This document shows positions 56,497 through 64,000 of a DNA stretch of 64,000 nt, piece by piece (the stretch's first letter is position 1; each line of letters starts with the position of its first letter). A program made the translations under genes and the position numbers. The notes below the pieces were generated by a model that saw only the letters and a program-made list of their open reading frames with translations, did not search any database and was not told where the DNA came from. Source of the stretch: Micrococcaceae bacterium (GTDB lineage: Bacteria > Actinomycetota > Actinomycetes > Actinomycetales > Micrococcaceae). The DNA lies in contig JASGDC010000033.1 of the NCBI GenBank assembly GCA_047608145.1, forward strand, positions 3,979-67,978. The letters run 5' to 3'.

Positions 56497-57816
56497 ATGT
56501 CAACGACGACGAAAACCTCTACCCTCCCCCCTAAATTATCTAGAAGTGCACTAATAGGTGGTTCCGTAGGAAACTTCCTGGAATGGTATGAATTCAGTAT
56601 TTATGGCTATTTTGCCACTGCCATTGCTGCCAATTTCTTTAGTGCTACAGATAATTCCCCAATCCAAGCCTTAATCAAAACTTGGGCAGCGTTTGCTATT
56701 GCCTTCTTTTTCCGACCAGTAGGTGCCGCAGTTTTCGGCAGACTTGGTGATCGAATTGGACGTAAACCTACTTTAATTATTGTCTTAATGATGATGGTAG
56801 TATCTACTACTCTAATTGGTATATTGCCAACTTATGCAAGCGTTGGTGTTTGGGCGCCAATATTACTAACTCTAGTACGTATCGCACAAGGTCTTTCTGC
56901 TGGTGGCGAGTTTGGTGGCGCAGTAAGCATTATGACTGAATTTGCACCTAATAGAAAACGCGGCTTATATGGAGCTTGGCAGTCCTTCACTGTCGGCCTT
57001 GGTCTGCTAGGCGGCGCACTAACTGCAACTATCATCTCACTATTTATGAGTGAACAAACTCTTAACTCTTGGGGGTGGCGTATTCCATTTTTAATCACTT
57101 TCCCTCTTGGTTTAATTGCACTTTACTTGCGTTTAAAACTAGAAGAAAGTCCTGATTTTAAAAAAACTGCTGCTAAAGAAACTGAAACAGCCACACCTAG
57201 CCGAGAGGCATCATCTGGTGAAGTAGCTAAAGCAATTCTAATGGGAATTGGTAGGTTAATGGGCTGGTCAGCAGCTGGTTATACATTCTTAGTAGTAATG
57301 CCTGGATACCTACAAAACTCTGTGGGCACCAGTTTCCGTCAAGCATTGATTGCTACTGTAGTTGCTAATCTTGGTTTCGTGGCCACTATCCTACCAGCTG
57401 GTATTTATAGCGATAAGATTGGCCGCAAACCAGTAATGATTACTGGAACTATCGCTATCACTATCCTAGCTATCCCACTTATGAAAGTCTTACAAAATAC
57501 CAATGGTTCACTCTTTACTAAGAGTTTAGCGGTATTTGTGGCTGGAGCTTGTGTAGGTCTTATTGCAGGACCTGGACCTGCGATGCTTGCAGAAATGTTC
57601 CCGACTTCAGTGCGTTATACCGGACTTGGTTTAGCTTATTCCCTTTCAAACGCAGTGTTCTCAGGTTCTGCTGGACTAATTATTACTTCATTGATTAGCG
57701 CCACTAACAACGAGGATATTCCTGCTTACTATGTGATGTTTACTTGTATTATTAGTTTCTTTGCATTACGCACCATTAATAATAAAGATCGCTTGAGATC
57801 TTTTAGCGACCACTAA
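56497..57816 (+). CDS. MFS transporter, metabolite:H+ symporter (MHS) family
   Basis: 439 aa. GNFLEWYEFSIYGYFA and FFFRPVGAAVFGRLGDRIGRKP are typical of ProP/KgtP/ShiA-type carriers. Confidence 0.85.
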   Translation: MSTTTKTSTLPPKLSRSALIGGSVGNFLEWYEFSIYGYFATAIAANFFSATDNSPIQALIKTWAAFAIAFFFRPVGAAVFGRLGDRIGRKPTLIIVLMMMVVSTTLIGILPTYASVGVWAPILLTLVRIAQGLSAGGEFGGAVSIMTEFAPNRKRGLYGAWQSFTVGLGLLGGALTATIISLFMSEQTLNSWGWRIPFLITFPLGLIALYLRLKLEESPDFKKTAAKETETATPSREASSGEVAKAILMGIGRLMGWSAAGYTFLVVMPGYLQNSVGTSFRQALIATVVANLGFVATILPAGIYSDKIGRKPVMITGTIAITILAIPLMKVLQNTNGSLFTKSLAVFVAGACVGLIAGPGPAMLAEMFPTSVRYTGLGLAYSLSNAVFSGSAGLIITSLISATNNEDIPAYYVMFTCIISFFALRTINNKDRLRSFSDH

Positions 57817-57838
57817 TGCTTGAATTCTTAGGAGAAAA

Positions 57839-59101
57839 ATGAAAATTATTGGAATGATGTGTGGAACATCATATGATGCAATTGATGCTGGTGCAGTTGA
57901 TTTAACAGTCGAAAATGGCACTATAATCATGAAACCACTAGGGATGGTAAGTGGTAGCTACTCAAAAGAACTACGTGATGAGTTGCATCGGCAAATGCCA
58001 CCAGCTCCTAGTAGCTTTGAAGAATTTGCCAAGCTAGATACTTATATTGGCAAAGCTTTCGCTGAAGTAGCTGAAAAAGCTAATAAAGAACTTTGCGATG
58101 GTAAAGCAGATATTATCGCTTCACACGGCCAGACTATCTATCATTGGTTTGAACAAATTGTCAATAAAAACGTAGTGCATGGCACTCTCCAAATTGGACA
58201 ACCTGCTTGGATTGCCGAAAAAACTGGGTGTACGGTAATCTCTGATTTTCGAACTCGTGATGTTGCTGCAGGAGGTCAAGGTGCACCACTTATTAGTCTT
58301 TTTGACCAGATGTGGTTAGGTTCTAGAGCACAAGAAGGACATCGTAGTGCAGCACTTAATTTAGGCGGTATTGCAAATGCTACTGTGCTACTTACTAATG
58401 ACAATGGCAAAGTCAGCAGTGTAGCTTTTGATACAGGTCCAGCAAACGCATTACTTGATGTGGCTATCACTGCTGGCACTAATGGTAAACAGGTCTATGA
58501 TCCGGATGGGAAAATGGCAAGAAGTGGTAAAGTTCACGAGAAACTTCTCAAGCGTTTTCTAGCTGAGCCATACTACCAACTTCCAGCGCCTAAGACTACA
58601 GGTAAAGAACTGTTCCACATTGAACATATGCGTGAGATATTGGAAGCAGAAAAATTAATAGCCCCTGGCATTAATGACTCTAGCTCTGGTGAGAAAATTA
58701 GCCTTGAGGATTTCCTTGCTACTCTTACTGAGCTAACTGCAGTTACGGTTACTGACGGTTTAAAGTCATACAAATTAACTGAAGTTATCACTAATGGTGG
58801 TGGCATTAGAAATAAATACTTGATGGAACGTATTCAATATCTTATTGGTCACAATGTAAAATTTAGGCCAGCTGAGGAACTAGGATTGGAAAGCCAAGCA
58901 AAAGAAGCTTACTGCTTCGCAGTACTTGCTTTCTGCACTATCCATGACTTACCTAGCACCATTCAAAGCTGTACTGGTGCAGACCATGAAAGTATTTTGG
59001 GAAGCATTACTCCTGGTAAAGATGGGTTGCATAGTTTATTAAAAGATATTGAACCAATAGTTACTGACAAACCATTAACCATGAAAATCATTACTTACTA
59101 A
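57839..59101 (+). CDS. anmK: Anhydro-N-acetylmuramic acid kinase family (1,6-anhydro-sugar kinase)
   Basis: 420 aa. IIGMMCGTSYDAIDA N-terminus (GxMSGTSxDGxD type), FRTRDVAAGGQGAPL, NLGGIAN and TNGGGIRN motifs. Confidence 0.9.
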   Translation: MKIIGMMCGTSYDAIDAGAVDLTVENGTIIMKPLGMVSGSYSKELRDELHRQMPPAPSSFEEFAKLDTYIGKAFAEVAEKANKELCDGKADIIASHGQTIYHWFEQIVNKNVVHGTLQIGQPAWIAEKTGCTVISDFRTRDVAAGGQGAPLISLFDQMWLGSRAQEGHRSAALNLGGIANATVLLTNDNGKVSSVAFDTGPANALLDVAITAGTNGKQVYDPDGKMARSGKVHEKLLKRFLAEPYYQLPAPKTTGKELFHIEHMREILEAEKLIAPGINDSSSGEKISLEDFLATLTELTAVTVTDGLKSYKLTEVITNGGGIRNKYLMERIQYLIGHNVKFRPAEELGLESQAKEAYCFAVLAFCTIHDLPSTIQSCTGADHESILGSITPGKDGLHSLLKDIEPIVTDKPLTMKIITY

Positions 59102-59118
59102 TACACAATTTATAAGTC

Positions 59119-59167
59119 AAGTGGGGTTACTATCCAGTTTTGATAGCGACCCCACTTTTATTATTTT
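59119..59167 (+). terminator. Intrinsic terminator after anmK
   Basis: AAGTGGGGT/ACCCCACTT 9-bp stem with an inner CTATC/GATAG, followed by TTATTATTTT. Confidence 0.7.
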
Positions 59168-59252
59168 CAATAAAAGTGAGCTATCAAACCACAATTATTT
59201 TCTCAGTGATGCCTAGTATATTTGTACTAATAATTCAGAAAGGCATAATCAC

Positions 59253-59804
59253 ATGCAAATTCCTAAAAATACTAATGAAATACCCAAAGAATTTTGGCAT
59301 TTCTTTGACGGTATAACATGCCGTAATTGGCCAAATGCCGAGGAAAGACCTTATTACTATCAAGTTATGACTCGCTCTTATTTAGAACATCTCAAGATGA
59401 AAAATCTGATTAAAAAAGGGACGACTGGTTTTACTCCAGAAATTGTTGGCAAAAAGACTGGGGTACCCATAGAACAAATAGAATTCTTACTGTATATGGA
59501 TGATCATCTTTACGATGTTATTGATGAAGATAAAACTGTAGACTTAACAGGCACGGATGAAAAATCAAATCGATTATATTCTGACGAACATCATGCACGA
59601 TATTACCAATTGTTTTATCTAAAGAGCAAGTCCTTATTTATATTGAACGTAATGCTGACTTCGGAAATTCTAAACTGTTTAGAACTTAAAATAGGCATGA
59701 AAAAACCCACTTCATTGAAGTGGGTTAATCTTAATTCTTTTTCTACAAATTCTTACCAGTTTTTACGATCTTCTTTAGTAGAATCGCCAGCAACAGAGTT
59801 GTAA
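59253..59804 (+). CDS. Hypothetical protein (orphan)
   Basis: 183-aa ORF in a very AT-rich stretch with no motif I recognise. Its last third runs through a minus-strand terminator and is antisense to a small ORF, so the 3' end is doubtful. Confidence 0.35.
   Translation: MQIPKNTNEIPKEFWHFFDGITCRNWPNAEERPYYYQVMTRSYLEHLKMKNLIKKGTTGFTPEIVGKKTGVPIEQIEFLLYMDDHLYDVIDEDKTVDLTGTDEKSNRLYSDEHHARYYQLFYLKSKSLFILNVMLTSEILNCLELKIGMKKPTSLKWVNLNSFSTNSYQFLRSSLVESPATEL
59700..59726 (-). terminator. Intrinsic terminator (minus strand) after the 31-codon ORF
   Basis: Minus strand reads AACCCACTTC-AAT-GAAGTGGGTT followed directly by TTTT. Perfect 10-bp stem. Confidence 0.6.
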
Positions 59805-59848
59805 GTTAAGTTGTAGTATTTCATAGCTAATGACATCAAAGTTTTCAT
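59753..59848 (-). CDS. Unannotated small ORF, 31 aa (MKTLMSLAMKYYNLTYNSVAGDSTKEDRKNW)
   Basis: ATG preceded by AGAGAGGAATCAA (SD GAGG about 7 nt upstream). The stop lies 26 nt before the terminator hairpin. Below the length cutoff of the ORF track. Confidence 0.4.
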   Translation of the reverse strand: MKTLMSLAMKYYNLTYNSVAGDSTKEDRKNW

Positions 59849-59980
59849 TTGATTCCTCTCTGTTTTCTAATTTTTATAACATTATCTCCGTGAAGAACTA
59901 TACAGAACGAACCTTGATTCTTTTATAGCGCATCTTTAACGTTTGCTGGGCAAAATTATATTTACTGGCATCAAAAACCT

Positions 59981-61279
59981 TTAATATTTTTCAATGTTCC
60001 AAGGAAGTTTTAATGTAACTGGACCAGCAGCTTCCAAGTCATTGGCAAGAGCTGCAACTGCCACACGAGCTTGTTCATAACCAAAGAACAAGAAGAAACC
60101 TGGTAAACGGCCATAACTTTTCATCCCAATAACATAAAAGTCCGATTGCGGATGTGAAACTGCCGTAGCACCAGCAAATTCAACTTCTTTAGGATGGTCT
60201 GCAGTAGATTGCATAAAAGTTAGCATGCGAGTCGGAGCTTCTACTGCGGCATCAAAATCTGTATAAATCTCTTTATGAATATCAAAATTTGGACGGAAAC
60301 CAGTACCATTTGCAATTATATCTACTACTATTGATTTCTTACCTTCAGGTGTATCGCCACTGACTTCAACGCCATCGGCTACTTCAGTAAAACTATTAAT
60401 TGCGAACTGGTTAACTATCTGCAATTTGTTTGAAGTTTCGACCAATTCCTTGATTTGTTGACCAATCTTCCAGCGCACAGCTTTTGAGGATAGATGCCCT
60501 CTATTATAGAAATGTTTAACAGATTTACCACGAATAGCCCAATAAATTTTAGTCTTTGGGGCTGCTTTGACCAACTCAGTCAACGCCAATATTGTGTTTG
60601 CCGCAGAGTAACCATTACCAACTACTAATACCCGCTTATCAGCAAAACGTGCACGTTCACTACCTAGCACATCAGGTAAAGTACCTGCCAAATACTTTTG
60701 GTTTTCAAGTTCACCAATTGCAGGAATTCCTGAAGCGCCTAGTGGATTGGGATTGCGCCAAGTGCCTGATGCATCGATAATACCGCGCGCTTGAACTTCT
60801 TTAATACCTTGTTTAGTCTTAACACGAACGACAAATGGTGACTTTTTATCGTTCATTTTTAACTTATCTACTCCCATACGTGCAACTGCTATTACTTTAA
60901 CACCTGTCTTAATATGCGATGTTAGTTCATCGGTAGCAGCTAATGGAGCCAAATATTCATCAATAAAATCAGAACCTGTAGGATTGCCATTCATATCCGG
61001 AATCTTATAACCGTGCTTTTCCAATAACTTTATTGAAAGTTCATCTACATTACGTTTCCAAGGTGAAAATAAAGAAACATGACGCCATTGCTCGACAGCT
61101 CCAGCTATTTTTTCACTTTGTTCAAATAAGACGAATTTTAACCCACGATTTTGTAAGTGTACTGCCCCAGCAATTCCGATAGGTCCGGCACCAATTACAA
61201 CTACAGGTAAATCTTGAAAATCTTGTGACATTTCACTTTCTAACTTCTCTATAAAAACTCCTTCTTCAAATATATCCAT
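59981..61279 (-). CDS. FAD/NAD(P)-binding oxidoreductase (flavin monooxygenase/CzcO-like)
   Basis: 432 aa with two dinucleotide folds, VVVIGAGPIGIAGA and VLVVGNGYSAANT. Confidence 0.7.
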   Translation of the reverse strand: MDIFEEGVFIEKLESEMSQDFQDLPVVVIGAGPIGIAGAVHLQNRGLKFVLFEQSEKIAGAVEQWRHVSLFSPWKRNVDELSIKLLEKHGYKIPDMNGNPTGSDFIDEYLAPLAATDELTSHIKTGVKVIAVARMGVDKLKMNDKKSPFVVRVKTKQGIKEVQARGIIDASGTWRNPNPLGASGIPAIGELENQKYLAGTLPDVLGSERARFADKRVLVVGNGYSAANTILALTELVKAAPKTKIYWAIRGKSVKHFYNRGHLSSKAVRWKIGQQIKELVETSNKLQIVNQFAINSFTEVADGVEVSGDTPEGKKSIVVDIIANGTGFRPNFDIHKEIYTDFDAAVEAPTRMLTFMQSTADHPKEVEFAGATAVSHPQSDFYVIGMKSYGRLPGFFLFFGYEQARVAVAALANDLEAAGPVTLKLPWNIEKY

Positions 61280-61338
61280 TTCGCTTCGAAAGTAGTAGCG
61301 GCAATTAGGAAAGATTTTACTATACTTATTCCCCTACC

Positions 61339-62187
61339 ATGCGTAAAATTGAAATTAGTATGAGCTCTCCATTTAAAGCGTTTATCGCAAAGTTTCACAG
61401 CAAAAAAATGCTAAGTAGCTCATTATGCCGTGTAAAATTTATCGGCAACTTCACTAATGTCCATTATTTAGGCCTAGATCAGCGCATTAAGCTTATTTTC
61501 CCACTTCCCAATTATGAAATATTTAAGTTCAATAATAATGAGCACTGGTACGAGCAGTGGAAAAAGGCCGACCACGATACTCGTGGCACCATGCGCACCT
61601 ATACTATTCGGGCGCTCAATGAGGCTGAAATTCTAGTAGATTTTGTAATACACCAACCAATAACTAGTCCAGCTATGCGATGGCTAGATAATGTTAAAAC
61701 TGGGGAAACTATCTCTATCGTATTGCCTTTGAAAGATCAGACTGAGTTCGTCCGCCCTCGCCTATTAGGGGTGGAGTGGAATCCTCCAGAAGCTGCGAAA
61801 GAATTAGCTCTCTATGCTGACTTAACTTCACTTCCCGCAGCTACGCAAATTGTTAAAAGCCACATTGAAAATAAAGATAATCGTATCTTAAATATTTATC
61901 TACAAGTTCCACATCCAGACGATGCCATAGAGATTCGCAAGCTAATTCATGGCCATAAAGGTATTGGGCTTGAATATTTCTATGAAAATATCGAAAAAGA
62001 CGATGGTGCAGAAAAAACTATTCTCTGGGATGTAACCACTGAAGAATCTAATACACCATTCTATGCTTGGGTAGCTGCCGAACGCTCAATAGTTAAACAA
62101 ATCCGCCAGCAGTTAAAACTTAACTACCTTAAAATAGATGTTTCATGTATGGGATATTGGCGCAAAGGTGAGTCTAGTTTGGATTAA
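61339..62187 (+). CDS. Siderophore-interacting protein (ferric-siderophore reductase family)
   Basis: 282 aa. FAD-binding RTYTIR motif, DQRIKLIFP, and C-terminal WVAAERSIVKQIRQQL. Confidence 0.8.
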   Translation: MRKIEISMSSPFKAFIAKFHSKKMLSSSLCRVKFIGNFTNVHYLGLDQRIKLIFPLPNYEIFKFNNNEHWYEQWKKADHDTRGTMRTYTIRALNEAEILVDFVIHQPITSPAMRWLDNVKTGETISIVLPLKDQTEFVRPRLLGVEWNPPEAAKELALYADLTSLPAATQIVKSHIENKDNRILNIYLQVPHPDDAIEIRKLIHGHKGIGLEYFYENIEKDDGAEKTILWDVTTEESNTPFYAWVAAERSIVKQIRQQLKLNYLKIDVSCMGYWRKGESSLD

Positions 62188-62408
62188 CTGCAGGAGATAA
62201 ATCCTTAAGTTATCTATATTTACGTAAGTATTTAACTACTTGCCATTCAATATACCTTTTAGGCACACCCTCATTCCAAGTTTTTTCTATTTTACTAATT
62301 TCACTACTAATTCTTTTATTACTAACCATTTCTTATAACCTCTAAATTATTTGCATTTATTTTCTATGGTTTTAAAGTTAATACCTTTACATTATGCGGT
62401 GAAATTGA

Positions 62409-62476
62409 AGTGATGTTAAAAATATTCTTTTTTCTTAACAAGACTCTCAAGTGATGTACAGCATCTTAACATCACT
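62409..62476. repeat. Three-element alternative-pairing region
   Basis: AGTGATGTTAA (62409-62419) and AGTGATGT (62450-62457) can each pair with TTAACATCACT (62466-62476). On the plus strand the proximal hairpin is followed by CACTTTTT. Confidence 0.6.
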
Positions 62477-62508
62477 CACTTTTTACCGCTAAAATAAGCC
62501 AAACTTAA

Positions 62509-63282
62509 TCAAAATGGCACCACCATTGGCGTGCCTCGAATTGGATCTTTGATTACCTTAGCTTCTAGATAAAAAACATCTTTTAACATCTCTGGAGTTG
62601 CTACTTCAACTGCAGTGCCTTGGTTATAAACTTTCCCGTCTCGCATCACGATTACATGGTCTGCAAACCGCAGTGCGAAGTTAAGCTCATGGATTACCAT
62701 AATGACAGTAATGCCGTGTTTTTCATTGAGCTCTTTAACCACATTTAGGATATCTAACTGATGTTTAATATCAAGGAAACTAGTAGGTTCATCAAGTAGT
62801 AAGATATCAGCTTCTTGAGCAAGTGCCATTGCCACCCAAACTCGTTGTTGTTGCCCACCAGATAGCTCTTGTAATGGACGCTTTGCAATCTTTAAGGTGT
62901 CAGTTTTTTCCAGTGCTTCATTAACTACTTTTTCATCAGTTTCACTAAATTGCTGATACCATTTCTGATGTGGAAAGCGACCACGTGCTACCAAATCCCA
63001 AACAGTGATACCTTCTGGAGCTTGTGGGTGTTGTGGCAACATTCCTAATATTTGAGCGCGTTCTTTACCTGAAATTGTACCCAGTTCTTTACCGTCGAGA
63101 AATACTTCACCACTCATTGGCTTATTAGCGTGAATTAGCCCAGATAAAAGTGTAGATTTTCCCGAAGCATTAGCACCGATAAGCATATTAATTTTACCGT
63201 CATGAAAGTCGATAGAAACCGTATCAACTACTAGCTTTTCGCCATAGCCTAAACTCAAATTCTTCGCTTGTAATCGTGTCAT
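62509..63282 (-). CDS. Iron-siderophore ABC transporter ATP-binding protein (FepC/FecE-like)
   Basis: Start reassigned to the ATG at 63282 (MTRLQAKNLSLGYG), overlapping the permease stop (ATGA). Walker A GANASGKST, signature LSGGQQQR, Walker B LLLDEPT. Confidence 0.9.
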   Translation of the reverse strand: MTRLQAKNLSLGYGEKLVVDTVSIDFHDGKINMLIGANASGKSTLLSGLIHANKPMSGEVFLDGKELGTISGKERAQILGMLPQHPQAPEGITVWDLVARGRFPHQKWYQQFSETDEKVVNEALEKTDTLKIAKRPLQELSGGQQQRVWVAMALAQEADILLLDEPTSFLDIKHQLDILNVVKELNEKHGITVIMVIHELNFALRFADHVIVMRDGKVYNQGTAVEVATPEMLKDVFYLEAKVIKDPIRGTPMVVPF

Positions 63283-64000
63283 TTGGTACTCTCTTCGACT
63301 GTTAATTTCTGACGTTGCTGCACTAAGAACCATAGTAAGTAAACTGCACCTAATACTCCTGTTATTGCACCTACTGGGAATTTCTGTCCTGGCACAATAT
63401 GCTGAGCAATGACATCAGCAGCAAGCATAAACAGCACTCCCGTAAGTGCTGTCCTAAGTAAACGAAACTTTGCCTCTGGCACCAAAATTCTCGCTAATTG
63501 TGGACTTAAGAACGCCACAAACATTACTGGACCGGTTACTGCAGTAGCACTAGCAGCTAGTATGACTGCAATACCAAGCACAATACCTCGATACTTGATA
63601 GGGTTCACACCTAAGCTTTGTGCTGAATATTCGGCTAACTCCAACACACCTAAAGTCTTATTTAAATACGCCAAAGCCCCAATACAAAGCAATAAAATAA
63701 CAAGCAATAGGATATTCGTATCCCAACTAGCCGAGTTTAAACTACCTGATAACCACTGCATACTCTGTTGCGCTTCATTGATAGGCAAAATACTAATAAT
63801 ATAAGCCACCACACTAGTTGATAAAGTAGCCAGCGCTATACCTATTAAAACTAGTCTCAAGGCAAAAGTCGCACTACGCATAGGTTTGGCATAGTAAAGT
63901 GCGATTGCACAAACTGTAGCCGCACCAATCACTGCGCCAATACTCAAATATACTCCTGCAACTCCCACAATCATAAAAGTCACTAAAGCCCCGGCACTAG
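63279..64000 (-). CDS. Iron-siderophore ABC transporter permease (FecCD family), 5' end beyond the window
   Basis: The open frame runs to the window edge. Multiple TM segments and a C-terminal GAITGVLGAVYLLWFL typical of FecCD permeases. Confidence 0.85.
   Translation of the reverse strand, partial: SAGALVTFMIVGVAGVYLSIGAVIGAATVCAIALYYAKPMRSATFALRLVLIGIALATLSTSVVAYIISILPINEAQQSMQWLSGSLNSASWDTNILLLVILLLCIGALAYLNKTLGVLELAEYSAQSLGVNPIKYRGIVLGIAVILAASATAVTGPVMFVAFLSPQLARILVPEAKFRLLRTALTGVLFMLAADVIAQHIVPGQKFPVGAITGVLGAVYLLWFLVQQRQKLTVEESTK

Noticed and set aside
61280-61338. DtxR/IdeR iron box between the flavoprotein and siderophore-interacting-protein genes (TTAGGAAAGATTTTACTAT).
   Set aside because: Only about 11 of 19 positions match TTAGGTTAGCCTAACCTAA, and the sequence is not palindromic.
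1-64000. CRISPR arrays, IS elements, prophage or known defence systems.
   Set aside because: I saw no regularly spaced direct repeats. I recognised no transposase, integrase, phage structural, restriction-modification, toxin-antitoxin or nuclease/helicase defence signatures in any frame of the track.

Overview
A 64-kb chromosomal segment, AT-rich overall (about 40% GC judged by eye, not computed). Housekeeping genes look GC-richer than the envelope and accessory genes. Gene content and order look actinobacterial: S33 hydrolase-holB-tmk, SRP RNA-dnaX-recR, ask, purA, class II fba, a long DRTGG-type pta followed by ackA, and an LAxTG sorting signal. I cannot name the organism. About 55 coding regions are supported, plus 4 tRNAs (Ser-GGA, Phe-GAA, Asp-GUC, Glu-UUC) and a small SRP RNA upstream of dnaX. 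Functional blocks, in order: (1) a tgt/yhhQ queuosine-salvage group; (2) an AT-rich surface-glycan locus from 6.6 to 17.7 kb, with two large GT-C-like membrane proteins, four GT-A/GT-B transferases, ugd and a flippase-like protein; (3) replication and central metabolism genes interleaved with two more paralogs of the large membrane protein; (4) a decayed LAxTG surface adhesin and a decayed copA next to an intact copZ; (5) a transporter-rich stretch from 49.9 to 59.1 kb, with duplicated APC permeases, an MFS plus paired SugE/Gdx-like SMR genes, an orphan ATP-grasp ligase, and an MHS transporter with anmK; (6) a flavoprotein, a siderophore-interacting protein and the end of an iron-siderophore ABC operon. 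I saw no transposase, integrase, CRISPR array or recognisable phage-defence gene. The best leads are: the degenerate-Nudix/atypical-TGT/YhhQ module; the expansion of uncharacterised GT-C-like envelope proteins (four close paralogs and one distant); the MHS-anmK pair; the orphan ATP-grasp gene; an unannotated 31-codon ORF with its own SD and terminator; and at least five disrupted genes in 64 kb. All similarity statements come from reading the translations by eye. No database search was run.
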